Positions 37,887-48,479 of a stretch of 64,000 nt of DNA are shown one piece after another (position 1 is the first letter of the stretch; every line of letters begins with the position of its first letter). The DNA comes from Candidatus Bathyarchaeota archaeon (GTDB lineage Archaea; Thermoproteota; Bathyarchaeia; Bathyarchaeales; Bathycorpusculaceae), in the NCBI GenBank assembly GCA_963811105.1, contig CAWEPZ010000011.1, forward strand, positions 32,001 to 96,000, written 5' to 3'. Both the position numbers and the translations under genes were made by a program. Below the pieces are notes generated by a model, which ran no database searches, had not been told where the DNA came from, and saw nothing but the letters and a program-made list of their open reading frames with translations.

Positions 37887-37963
37887 TCATGCGTTAGTTG
37901 AAATTACGATTATAAATTCATAAAGCATAAGCTTCAAAAAACGAAATTGTTATATGAACACTA

Positions 37964-38203
37964 ATGACTCACGATTCAACCTTTAACCGAAAATTCCTCA
38001 TCATTTTCCACGGCTTGGGCTTAAGCTGCATAGGCGGCGCAATATTCCTCCAAATCTTAGCATTCTCAAGCATACTCTACCAAGGGTATTTCAAAGCATT
38101 TGAGAATAATCCAGCAATACTCTCATCTGAAATAATTCTAACAGGCTTTGCACTAATCTACTTTATTTACATATATCAACTATTGATCCGGTCAGTAAAA
38201 TAA
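37964..38203 (+). CDS. Small two-TM membrane protein
   Basis: 79-aa ORF with two hydrophobic segments, divergent from comA. Confidence 0.6.
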   Translation: MTHDSTFNRKFLIIFHGLGLSCIGGAIFLQILAFSSILYQGYFKAFENNPAILSSEIILTGFALIYFIYIYQLLIRSVK

Positions 38204-38366
38204 ACACTATCTAACAGAAAACAATAGGCACTATTTGTCTTGTTACACAAGCTGATAGGCAAATAAAAGTAGCCGGTTTGCAACCCTTCTTGTCAAGAAG
38301 TCGCAATGTAATAACAAATCATGGACGCTCAATAAGCGATAAGACCAAACGATTCAGCTTTGCACT

Positions 38367-40212
38367 TCAGGGGAGCTTTGGTCGCTTCCTAACAAATTTG
38401 AGAACAAGAAGGGCTATGGTTGTTGTCACTGCAATAATTGCCACCGCCAAGCCAACGTATATTATGGGGAAACCTTGGTCAGCACTTGCAGCCACTAAAG
38501 CGTTTATTGCGTAAGTTTGGCTGACCCCGCCTGTACCAACAGTCTTAATGTCAAATGTGTGGTTTCCATCAGCTAACCCGTTAAATGTGTACTGTGTCTG
38601 AGTTCCTATATTTGTCCAAGCACCATCGTCAAGTTTAACTTCATAATGATCCACCGTCGAACCTGCATTAGTTGTTTTCCAGCTAATTTGAAGCGACGAC
38701 GACTTTACTTCACTTCCATTGCCAATGGAAGATGTTAACTCTATTGCTGGCGCCCTAAGAATCGGTGTACTTGTTGGAGTCGGTGCAGGCGTGGCAATCG
38801 GGTTTGGGGGAGGTGTTAAGATTGCTGGAGTCGCTATTGAAGTTGGAGGAGGCGTAGGCATTAAAGTTGATGTTGGCGTTGGAGAAGGCGTCGGTGAATC
38901 AGTTGGAGTAGGAGTAGGCGTTGGAGAAGGTGTCGAGGTTGGTGCTGGAGTAGGAGTTGATGTGGGGGTCGGAGTTGGTGAAGGTGTTGGAGAAGGCGTG
39001 GGCGAAGCAGTTGGAGTTGGAGTAGGCGTTGGAGTAGGTGTAGAGGTTGGCGCTGGAGTAGGAATTGATGTGGGGGTCGGAGTTGGTGAAGGTGTTGGAG
39101 AAGGCGTAGGCGAAGCAGTTGGAGTTGGAGATAAGGCGAAGATTGCTTTGAGGAAGCCGTCGCCGTGAACTTGAACTGTCGATGTGCTTTGTTCTGAATT
39201 GAGAACGTAGACTCCTTCGTCTGGATAACCGCTGCATTCCCAATGGTCGAACTGATAACCTTGGGGAACGTTTGCGGTAGCATTATAGTTGCCTGAAGAA
39301 AGGACCTGGGTCTGCCCAGAATTGTAGATTGTACCGTTGAATGTAATAGTTGCCTCAGGCAAGTCAGGATTTGTTTCGAACAACACTGTTCCGTTAGGAT
39401 TATTGACCAGCACGTCGCTGCTTGAAATCGCTACGGCGACGTCATTTGGTGCTTTATAATAGTAGGTTGTCCAGTTGGTTGAAGCGCTAATTTGACCGTC
39501 AACTGAAACCCAGTTATTAAGTGAGAAGTGGAAATCGAAAGCGGGGGAGCCTCCAGAGACTGAGGTGTACCAGATTTCCTCATAATTCGCATAGTTAAGG
39601 GATCCCGCGTAGCTATTTGACAAAACCAAGTAGTTTCCACCGGTTGGCGCATTTAAAGACCAAATCTGACTGGACCCTTGATAGGCAGCAAAACTGCTGA
39701 TACCACTCTGAGTGGTAATGTCAAAAGTGTATGTAGCTCCCAGTGATAACAGCAAGTGCGTTTGCAGTGTAATGGAAAGTCAGATTGTTCGCCGGTCCAG
39801 TTGTCCATGAATAGGTTAATCCCCAAGTGCCATAATTATTGGAAAATCCAATCTGATCGTAGCTTCCAGCGCTATCCCATGCAGAAAGTAGGACGTAGTA
39901 AAATTCGTCTGATCGAGGCGTTGAATAAGGTATTGTTATTGTCATGCCTATGGTTTGCGCAGAGTGGTTTGTGAACCAAGTGCACGCGCTCCCGGCATAC
40001 CAGAGGGGCGCTCCTGGATATGCTGAGAGAGAAGGTCCTAAGGGTGGAAATATATTATGTCCGTCTGCTGTAGGAAAAGTGCCGCCGATTGACCAGGTGC
40101 ACTCGCTTTTTTCGCTTTCTGCAGTATTCTTATTGGAACTAATGGAGGCTACACTCAAAAATGCGGCTGGGAATAGGACGAAAACAATGATCAAAGCAAA
40201 TAATTTCAGCAA
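38367..40212 (-). CDS. Membrane-anchored surface protein: signal peptide, beta-rich N-domain, PT linker, Ig/FN3-like domain, C-terminal TM; frameshift near 39750
   Basis: ORFs 39721..40212 and 38367..39755 overlap. [10 protein letters not shown]...[13 protein letters not shown], then TM plus RKRPK tail. Confidence 0.8.
38875..39130. repeat. 108-bp tandem repeat (~2.3 copies) encoding a Pro/Thr/Ser linker
   Basis: gg(c/t)gaa(g/t)cagttggagt recurs at 38893, 39001 and 39109. Confidence 0.85.
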
Positions 40213-40456
40213 CTCTCGCCTCGTCTTTCCTTCTTTTGGGTTGTATCTGCTTAATCCTTGCTAAATCCGACCGAAACAACAACTCTCACACTGCACAAAA
40301 TCTAACGTGTTCATAGAGAGGAGAGGTTAAGCAGGATGCGATGTCAAAATGTTATAATTTATATGAACAACTTTCCGGATGCCAGGGAAGTAAAAGACTA
40401 AGAATAGTTTAAAGCCACGGCGCTTTATCGATAGTTGGGAAGAACAAATAGAGAGG

Positions 40457-41341
40457 ATGTTTACTAATTTGGCTCCGCCCAAATCACAAAGCGATCGTCC
40501 GCAGAAGCTTGTTGATGAATTCTTCGATACAAACGCAACTTATTGGAGGGACACTTACAAAGAAAAGGGCATTTCCGGAACCATTTATCAACGGCGACAA
40601 GCCGTAGCGCTCAGTTATGTCGATGGGTTATCGCTTCCCAGAACCGCACGTGTTCTAGAAATTGGTTGTGGGGCAGGGTTCATGACTGCAGCTCTCGCAA
40701 AACGAGGATTTGTAATAAAAGCTATTGATCATGCTCAAACAATGGTCGATCTAACAATAGAACATGCGAAACAAAAGGGCATTTTGAATCAGATCAGCGC
40801 CTGCACTGGAGATATCCACGAACTATCTTATGAAGACCAAACGTTTGACTTAATTATTGCCTTGGGGGTGATCCCCTGGCTTCATGATTTAAAAAAGGCA
40901 TTGACCGAGATCGTAAGAGTAGCAAAGCCAGGCGGATATGTTGTCGTGACCATGGACAACATTCAAAGAGCAACAACTATTCTAGACCCCAAAACTTTTC
41001 CCCCAATCGCACACATCCGATGGCTAATAAAGAGGAAACTTGAGAGAGCAGGGTTGCTTAGCTCATACAATCTTTGGGTCAATGCTCCACCTTACAGTCA
41101 ACACTCACCAAAAGAATTCAAAAAAAATCTTTACCACGCTGGTCTAACTGTTATGAAGAGCACAAGTGTAGGGTTTGGACCATTCACTTTTTTTGGCCAT
41201 CGTTTATTCTCGGAAAGGGTTGGAATCAAAATTCACCAGAAGCTACAGGAATACGCTGACAGCAGTTACCCATTTTTCCGCTCAACCGGATCACAATACA
41301 TTGTCCTAGCAAAAAGGAAGTTGCCCAAAACAATTCCTTAA
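40457..41341 (+). CDS. Class I SAM-dependent methyltransferase
   Basis: VLEIGCGAG, GDIHELSYEDQTFDLI and EIVRVAKPGG. Confidence 0.9.
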   Translation: MFTNLAPPKSQSDRPQKLVDEFFDTNATYWRDTYKEKGISGTIYQRRQAVALSYVDGLSLPRTARVLEIGCGAGFMTAALAKRGFVIKAIDHAQTMVDLTIEHAKQKGILNQISACTGDIHELSYEDQTFDLIIALGVIPWLHDLKKALTEIVRVAKPGGYVVVTMDNIQRATTILDPKTFPPIAHIRWLIKRKLERAGLLSSYNLWVNAPPYSQHSPKEFKKNLYHAGLTVMKSTSVGFGPFTFFGHRLFSERVGIKIHQKLQEYADSSYPFFRSTGSQYIVLAKRKLPKTIP

Positions 41342-41458
41342 ACGGCAAACAGTGAAGTTCACTATAATTTTTTTTCATTTCTTTAGGTTGTTTTGTTTTA
41401 GAACGCAATGCTATGGCTCGAAGATTTTTCTAAGGTGCAAGGTTCAAGAGAAGTTAAT

Positions 41459-42052
41459 CTATTGGGTCATATTCAAAAATAAACTCACAAACCGGTTATG
41501 ATACTGTGAAGTTCCTAATGTGGAATTGAATATCCAAAGCTCGACAAAAAGATTATAGTAATATCCTGTTTTGTCTGCATTCCATGCAGATGTTTGGTTA
41601 ACTGGAAATTCTACTCCGTTAATAGTTATGCCGTCGAGCTTAGACATATTATCTGGGAAGGTTAGTTGGTTAACTTGGAATGTTAGGGGTGTTTCCCATG
41701 TTGCCCCATCACTGATAAACGATTTGTATTCATATAAAGCGGGTAGTGAGCTGGGTGTTCCAAGTGTTGCACTAGGTAGGGATTGAGTCTCATTTGCTAG
41801 CTTTACAAAAGACGTGTAGTAACAAGAGGATCCCAGGTGGTTGACTACACCTAAATAAACCGAATATGTTACGCCAGCTTTAATGTCAAACGGAATACCT
41901 TCCAGCATATGGTTTGGTCCAAGAACATAAAGCTCAGAAAAAAGCTGACCTGAAGGCGGCTTAATCAACAAACCAATCGTCGGAGATGCGAACAACAAAA
42001 CTCCAATCAAGCCAGCTGCGACAAATATAATCCGATAGTTGTCAATGTTTAT
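41459..42052 (-). CDS. DUF1616-like membrane-anchored protein
   Basis: N-terminal TM, FSELYVLGP, YLGVVNHLG and LFVELW. The frame is open upstream to ATA at 42052. Confidence 0.65.
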   Translation of the reverse strand: MNIDNYRIIFVAAGLIGVLLFASPTIGLLIKPPSGQLFSELYVLGPNHMLEGIPFDIKAGVTYSVYLGVVNHLGSSCYYTSFVKLANETQSLPSATLGTPSSLPALYEYKSFISDGATWETPLTFQVNQLTFPDNMSKLDGITINGVEFPVNQTSAWNADKTGYYYNLFVELWIFNSTLGTSQYHNRFVSLFLNMTQ

Positions 42053-42053
42053 T

Positions 42054-42557
42054 CTATACCACCTCAGGCTTCATTCCAAATAATTTCTTCATGTAAGAGC
42101 GTTTAAATCGTCGCCAAACAAACAACAAAGAAACCAAAAAAACAACAGTACCAACAAACGAAAAAATCACAGTCAACCAAAAAATATTTCGGGATTCAAC
42201 CAAGCTAACATCACGCAAATGAAGCGCATCTCCTTTAACTTGAACCGCTATTTGAGAGGCATTTTCTGCCATAGATGTAATATTGACTACGTTGTTTCCA
42301 CTGTTGAAAGCGTTTTGAGCATCTGCTAAGAGCTCTCCTGCAGTGTTTAGTTTTGCTAAGAGTTGGGTAACGTTTGCGCCAGCTTTTTCAGCGTCCAAAA
42401 CAGCATTGAAAGCCTGCCCTACTGTAATGTTTGTCGCCTGCAGCATCGCCGAAGTTTGATCAGTTTGAGCTAAGACACTATTGACACCGTAAAAGCAAGA
42501 GCTAAGCGCCAGGAAGCTGAATAATGTGATAGCAAAGAGTTTGCAGCTATTATTCAT
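42054..42557 (-). CDS. Hypothetical secreted protein with C-terminal TM anchor
   Basis: Signal peptide, helical AFNAVLDAEKAGANVTQL segment and C-terminal TM. Confidence 0.75.
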   Translation of the reverse strand: MNNSCKLFAITLFSFLALSSCFYGVNSVLAQTDQTSAMLQATNITVGQAFNAVLDAEKAGANVTQLLAKLNTAGELLADAQNAFNSGNNVVNITSMAENASQIAVQVKGDALHLRDVSLVESRNIFWLTVIFSFVGTVVFLVSLLFVWRRFKRSYMKKLFGMKPEVV

Positions 42558-42882
42558 TTGTTGTTACATCCAAGCCAATTATTATTTTACATTAGTGTGG
42601 GTTTGAGATTTCAGGAGAGTCATTTAAGGGCTTTGAGATCGTACCTTATTTATTGTAATAACCAACGAATTTTGTTACAAATTTCTCGGAGCATAGGGCG
42701 TTTTTTATTAGTGTAGCGTTTTAGAAAATTCTTCGATGCCCGAACGCACTAGCACCCGACAGCCACACTATAAATAACAACACACATAGTTGCTAAAAAC
42801 AAAACTCCAATTGATAGCTCATTGGCCCCAAAAGATCCCGATCCTTCAAATTAACTTGCTTGCTGTAAAAATTCGGTTTTCA

Positions 42883-43191
42883 CTAGTAGAAAAGATTCTC
42901 TAAAGTTTGCTTTTTTGAATTGACCTCACCAATTATTTTCTCAGCATACCTGTTTTTCTTTGAATATACCTTGTAATTTTCAAGAAACTCTTTGCCCTTT
43001 TCTGTTAAAGAGTAGCACTGGGTTTCATCCTCGAAACAAATCAAAGAGGCACCACTTATCTCAGCCAAATACTTCTGCAACACATGAAAGCTCAAATTAG
43101 CCTGATACATTATCTGAGTCTTCTTAGGCTTTCGAGTAGCCACCGTAAGAATGTCAGCTATAATATCTAATTTACTTCTATAACTGCCCAA
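42883..43191 (-). CDS. Archaeal winged-helix transcriptional regulator
   Basis: YRSKLDIIADIL, KKTQIMYQANLS and YSLTEKG. Confidence 0.85.
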   Translation of the reverse strand: MGSYRSKLDIIADILTVATRKPKKTQIMYQANLSFHVLQKYLAEISGASLICFEDETQCYSLTEKGKEFLENYKVYSKKNRYAEKIIGEVNSKKQTLENLFY

Positions 43192-43692
43192 CTCTATTCC
43201 CCAAAAACTCTTTTAAAAATCAAATTCTTGCTCACCAATCAGGCTCTTGCTCGCCGATCAGAGCTTACCTCTAACGAATCCCTCCTTGACAGGAGCAGAT
43301 ACGAATAGCAATCTGCTTAATCCAAGCGCACCATAGTTCTCCTTACATCTGTTTGACTTATTCTAAGTCCAGTTTAGTCCGCGAAGAAAACAAACCTAGA
43401 CTATGAATAGAACAAAATTAACTTGTTCTACAACACCAATCTTTATTTTCTATCGCAGACATCAACGAATAGAAAAGCGACTTACCTTACATATAACTTT
43501 TATTCAAAATAAAACTATAGTAATTCGGAAATTGAAAAACAGAAAAAATATTTTTGAACACAGTTTACAAAGAAACCATAGACTTAACAGGTTTCTTTCA
43601 GGATTAGATGTTGCTTTCAGCAATTTACGTTTTAGAATTTCATATTTCACATAAAAGAAGACAAAAAAAACAGAAAGCGGCAAAAATTTGTC

Positions 43693-44424
43693 TTAGGAAA
43701 ATTTGTTACTGTTTTCATTTATAAATTCTAACATTATGCGTTTAAAAATTTCTGCTCCATTTTTAACGCCTAGTTTCTTCTGACCTAGTCTTTCTCGATA
43801 ATTAATGGGAACCTCCACGATACCAAAACCTTCACGTTCTACATGATGATTAAGCTCAACCTCTACATCAAACCCCTTGGACTGCACCTTCCAGTTTCTA
43901 AGAATTCCCGCTCGCACAACCCGTAACCCAGTCAGCGGATCAGTTAATGAGACGCCATTTAACAAGTTGTGGGTAAAAGCTATGAGCCTGTTACCGACAT
44001 AAAAAATGCTACTTAAAGCTGATTTTTCTTCGTAACCAATAAACCGGTTACCGCAAACCATGCCAACATCAGGAGACTTCTCCAAAATTCGAATCATCTC
44101 AGGAACATAGCCTGCTGGATACGTGTAATCTGCGTCCGTTAACACAACATAATCAACCTTGGGATTGATGTGTGCGATGGCTTTCGCTACTGCGTCACCT
44201 TTACCTAATCCATCTTGGACAAAGATTTCAGCACCCATATTTTTAGCTACTTCTACAGTTCGATCTGTGCTTCTTCCGTCAACTACAAGAACGTGAGGAT
44301 ATTCAAGAGTATCCATAAGCTCAGCAATCGTGAGCCCTATACCTTCCTCCTCATTCAACGCAGCTATAATAATCTGCGTAGAAGGGATACCCTGTGTTTC
44401 TCCTTTTGCCAAAATAATCAGCAC
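43693..44424 (-). CDS. GT2 dolichol/polyprenol-phosphate glycosyltransferase-like
   Basis: AALNEEEGI, VDGRSTD, GKGDA, TDADYTYP, DPLTG, GFDVEVE and YRERLG. Confidence 0.88.
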   Translation of the reverse strand: MLIILAKGETQGIPSTQIIIAALNEEEGIGLTIAELMDTLEYPHVLVVDGRSTDRTVEVAKNMGAEIFVQDGLGKGDAVAKAIAHINPKVDYVVLTDADYTYPAGYVPEMIRILEKSPDVGMVCGNRFIGYEEKSALSSIFYVGNRLIAFTHNLLNGVSLTDPLTGLRVVRAGILRNWKVQSKGFDVEVELNHHVEREGFGIVEVPINYRERLGQKKLGVKNGAEIFKRIMLEFINENSNKFS

Positions 44425-44519
44425 TCATTAACTATGCTATCTGATTATGAACCCTTATATAAGAACATATGGAAATAATGGAAATATATCAACACTTTCA
44501 ACTCTAACTTTCTATCCTG

Positions 44520-44731
44520 CATCAATCCTTCAGCATCTCCGTTTATGTATGTCGCATAATTCTGTTCCGGAGTCGGCACAAACATGATTAGTACTTTTTG
44601 AACGGATAATTTCCGTTTTGGCTTTGCTGATTCTTTTTTGGATCCGACAAAGTAAAGCCCCCACCAATAAACCAGAGAAAGACAACTACAGGCATTACCA
44701 AGAAAAATGCAACTCTATTTCGTCTTGGCAT
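44520..44731 (-). CDS. Small single-TM hypothetical protein, probable frameshift; not in the ORF track
   Basis: MPRRNRVAFFLVMPVVVFLWFIG...; 3' end uncertain. Confidence 0.4.
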
Positions 44732-45031
44732 GAACTACTACTGACTCATAACCTTAATAAGATTTCATAAAATGCATCAATATACACCCAATTGTAATTA
44801 CAGGCCCTTTCATCCCCAAAGTTAAAACTTAACTCAGAACATTTTTTCAAAAACTCATAAAGAAATAGAAAACTTTTCCTTTCTTGCAGCAGCGTTTACG
44901 TGTAGTAAATGTCAAACCTGTTTCAAAGTAGCACTTTCTTTAGTCCGAGTATTGCGCCAAGTAATCTTGCAAGTTTTTCTATTCTCTTGTGTTCCTAAAT
45001 TGCAGTAGAAAAAAAAGAAAAAAGTTTAGGT

Positions 45032-45475
45032 TTATTGAATACCCCATTTCTTGACAACTTTTACCAAGATGAAGATTACAAGGGCAACTATGAGGAAGGT
45101 TATTAGCGCAATTAAGAAGTCGCCGAGCGCAAATATTTGACCAGTGTAGCCAGCCGGAGGATTCCCTTGAGCATCAAACGTAGTCGAGGGAACAGCATAC
45201 TTTATAGTTGACAAGTTGCCAAGTCCAGGAATAGCAAGTCCTATCGCGGGAAGCAGCAAGTCTTTAACGAGGCCCTGAATCACACCGCCTAAATAAAGAC
45301 CTATGATGAAAGCAACAGCGAGGCCGAAGACCTTGTACTGCGAAAGAAAGTCTTTGAATTCGTTCCATAAGCCTTTAGGCGGTTTAGGCGGAGGAGCTTT
45401 CTCCAAAGCTGCACTAATTTTCTTTAACTCTGCAATTATTTCATCTTCTTTGTCCAAATAATAAAACCTCTGCAA
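45032..45475 (-). CDS. mscL: Large-conductance mechanosensitive channel
   Basis: EFKDFL...VFGLAVAFIIG...LVKDLLLP and GDFLIALITFLIVA. Confidence 0.88.
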   Translation of the reverse strand: MQRFYYLDKEDEIIAELKKISAALEKAPPPKPPKGLWNEFKDFLSQYKVFGLAVAFIIGLYLGGVIQGLVKDLLLPAIGLAIPGLGNLSTIKYAVPSTTFDAQGNPPAGYTGQIFALGDFLIALITFLIVALVIFILVKVVKKWGIQ

Positions 45476-46228
45476 TTAGGTATATATTTGAACTTTTAAT
45501 AATAAAACTTTCCATTTTTCCAAATATCATTAGATACTATAGTCTATTTTTATCATTTGTTCTTTTGCCATTACTTTGAGGTCTAAGACTACTAATGTTA
45601 GTCTTTTTGACATATTCTTGGCGCTGAAATATACCTTTTAAGTCTTAGAGATGCCCCTTTTGCTGAGGAGAAAGGAGAGCTTCTCACAATGAAGCAGACA
45701 AGATTTCGCTCAATCTGCCCGCAACAATTAATTTCATAAAGGGGTGAAATAATAGCATAGCTAACTCTTAAGACGAAAATTTTAAATAATTTGTAGACTT
45801 ATTATTAGTTGAGGGAAAGAGTCAAAAGTCTATCTTGAAAAGCTAAAAGCTTCAAAAATGAAGATAAATAAGCAAGAACGAAGCTAAATGGCAACCGTTC
45901 AAATTTACGCAAATAGCATTGAGTACTCTGCTATCAATAACATCAATAAAGAGGGAAACAAACGATAAATAAAGAGCCTCTTTCCTTCACCCCTCTTTTT
46001 CTTATAAAACATGATTAAGACAATTGCTACCTCCAGAAGCCAAAACTTGGAAAGTTTTTCAGAAAAATTGAAAAAACTAAAAAACAGTAAGTCAATAAGT
46101 TGTAACTTTTTTATCATTATCTTCTTTTGTACAAAGCTAAAAACAAACTACGGGTCCATAGCCAAATGTTTATTCTCGATTAGTTTTTCATCTATGTTAA
46201 GGAATTCGACCTTTCAGTGCATTTTATT

Positions 46229-46834
46229 TTAATCTTCCACTATTCGATGTCTCCATCCCCAGACTACAGTGATGAAAATTGGAATCAGCGCAACGATTGT
46301 TATTGCAAAATTAAGGTCAGGACTTAATCCGAAAGGAAACTTTACGTTAGTTATTATTTCTCGCACGAAGAATTCCCAAACTGCAACGTATGATATTATT
46401 ATGGAAATGACCAGAGCTAAGAGACCAAATTGACGGCTGTTTTTTATTTCAAGTATGTCAATGTGTGCTTTTTGGGTTTCCACAATTACAGCAACATGAT
46501 CTTCAAGTTCTTCAATTGCGTCGCGAATCAAGACTTTCACCTCTTTTGAAACTCCAAGTGAGACTTCTTCGAGGTAATCCCATTCGTGGGCTAAGTCGAG
46601 GATTGTCAGTTTTTCTCCTTGGAGGTTTTTATATGTTTTCCAAAGCTCTTGTTCATTTTGATTAAACGCTTGTTTTTTCATCGTTGGCGTTAATCTATTG
46701 TCGATGGCTCTAATTTTCAAGACAACGCCTTTGAGTTTTTTAGCCGTCTCTTCGTCGATTTCTACGAGTTCGTTGATTGCTCGGTTTATTTTTTCATAGT
46801 CGTTGTGGATAATGTATTCTCCGTTCTCAGTCAC
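46229..46834 (-). CDS. Hypothetical protein: helical domain plus two C-terminal TM segments
   Basis: Intact 201-aa ORF with AGGTGA RBS before the GTG. Confidence 0.65.
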   Translation of the reverse strand: MTENGEYIIHNDYEKINRAINELVEIDEETAKKLKGVVLKIRAIDNRLTPTMKKQAFNQNEQELWKTYKNLQGEKLTILDLAHEWDYLEEVSLGVSKEVKVLIRDAIEELEDHVAVIVETQKAHIDILEIKNSRQFGLLALVISIIISYVAVWEFFVREIITNVKFPFGLSPDLNFAITIVALIPIFITVVWGWRHRIVED

Positions 46835-47361
46835 TCGCTTTCACCTATTGGATCATTCTCATTTGTCCAAATAAGTGCTTTTGCATTGTTGAAATGGTTT
46901 TGGTTTTCTATTTCTACAAGACGCAAAGGTAACTTCAATTTACTCGGCAAGGTAAACAAGCTGAAGTGATATTTGACGTTAATTTGACTGGGATGTTTGA
47001 TCTAGCTATTTCTTGTTCTTCTGGTTTTTTCGGGAGTTTAGAAGTAGGCAGGCAAAAGAATAATAAAATGCATATTGCTCAGAGTTGATGCCTCGAAGAA
47101 GCTGCACTATTTGGCTAAAACCCACAAATGAATGCAAATAAATGGCAAAAAAAACAAACCTGCAAACATAAAATAAAAGGATCTTCGAGATGAAAGCTAC
47201 CTGGATGTAGACAAACTTGTTCATTACCATTTACTTTTTTGCATATAGATTGCTTGAAATTCTACATTATATTCTTTGTATATCTTAGCAGCAAGAAGCC
47301 AGTCTATGAACTTAGCATCTGTAAATAGGGAGTTAGAGTTTCTATGTGCGCAGACATGATT

Positions 47362-47892
47362 CTAACTGGAATTAGGAGAGGAAGTTGAAGATGTCAGCTT
47401 ATGATTTTTGTTCTTTCGACTCACCAAAAAAATTATTAGGATACTCCCTAATATGGCAATAACAGCAGGTATTAGCAGGTAGCTCTGGGAGATTCCTGTA
47501 GAATTGTTGTTTCCAGATAAGTCGGGGTTTGTCGCGTAAGAGAAAGTGACTTGGATTGGGTTAGGTAGGTCGTTTTCGAAATTCAATGTGTAGTTTCCAT
47601 TTTGCAGCGCGATGAAACTGAATGTGGTAGTCTTGTCGATCAAGCCCAAGTTAACGACTTGGGCTCCGTTGGGAGCGCTCACCCAAAAGCGAACAGTGCC
47701 CGTAGTAACGATTGAGCCATTAAACATAGTTCCGGTGGGCAGCATGAATTTTAGTTGTGTTGATGAGAATGAAAGGATGAAGGTTGGAACAGTTACAGCA
47801 AACGCTGGAAAAACAATCCCTGAAACAAACAGCACTGCTATTAATGCGGTGCAGAATAATAATGTGATATTTTTCATATTTCCACTTGACAA
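47362..47892 (-). CDS. Secreted emp24/GOLD-like beta-domain protein with C-terminal TM
   Basis: Signal peptide, FWVSAPNG, FSFIALQNGNYTLNFEN and TM. Confidence 0.65.
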   Translation of the reverse strand: MSSGNMKNITLLFCTALIAVLFVSGIVFPAFAVTVPTFILSFSSTQLKFMLPTGTMFNGSIVTTGTVRFWVSAPNGAQVVNLGLIDKTTTFSFIALQNGNYTLNFENDLPNPIQVTFSYATNPDLSGNNNSTGISQSYLLIPAVIAILGSILIIFLVSRKNKNHKLTSSTSSPNSS

Positions 47893-47963
47893 ATCGTAGA
47901 TAAACTAGCAAAGGTCTTATTAATAATCACCTTGAAAAAAGGTTGAAAAAAAAGCCTGCCAAG

Positions 47964-48479
47964 TTACCAATCAGGCATGATTCTGATTGGAGAGACTATG
48001 GATGTGAATGAGTCCACGATTCCCGGTATGCGCTGTATCAACAGTGTCAGCGTTTCAAGTTCTTGAGGATCAGTCGCCTTTACTGAACAAATTACATCAA
48101 ATGGTCCAAGGACGCTGTCAGCTGATAGCACTTCAGGGATTCTTAGCAGTTGCGTTCGCACTGTTTCTAAGCTCTTTGGTTCGGTGTTGAGGAAGACGAA
48201 GGCGTAAGGCTTCTCACTGAGTTTAGGACCTTCGGATACTGTGATGAAACTTACTGTTTTAGCTATCCAATCTTCATCCTCGCCAAGCATCCGTATTGGA
48301 TTTAGCCATTTTTCAATGAATTCATATATATCTCTTAGATCTGGGAATTGAATTAGTATATCAACTGGGCCGAACAGCAGAAATATATTTTGTTGATCTA
48401 AGTTAAGGCTGAACAATAATTTTTTTAGAACTTCACTGTAGGAACCTGGCTTGCATTTTAAACCCATGTAGACTTTCAT
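47964..48479 (-). CDS. Tandem Lrp/AsnC ligand-binding-domain protein (no HTH)
   Basis: Two copies of the L(F/L)GP(V/F)D(I/V) motif. ATGA overlap with the nfnB stop. Confidence 0.75.
   Translation of the reverse strand: MKVYMGLKCKPGSYSEVLKKLLFSLNLDQQNIFLLFGPVDILIQFPDLRDIYEFIEKWLNPIRMLGEDEDWIAKTVSFITVSEGPKLSEKPYAFVFLNTEPKSLETVRTQLLRIPEVLSADSVLGPFDVICSVKATDPQELETLTLLIQRIPGIVDSFTSIVSPIRIMPDW

Noticed and set aside
38719-39283. Gly/Val-repeat and Gln/Leu-repeat ORFs
   Set aside because: They are antisense and alternate-frame shadows of the Pro/Thr linker.
45600-46200. Very short plus-strand ORFs (e.g. MATVQIYANSIEYSAINNINKEGNKR) and a possible ncRNA in the spacer beyond mscL
   Set aside because: No recognisable motif or convincing structure; cannot be supported from the sequence alone.
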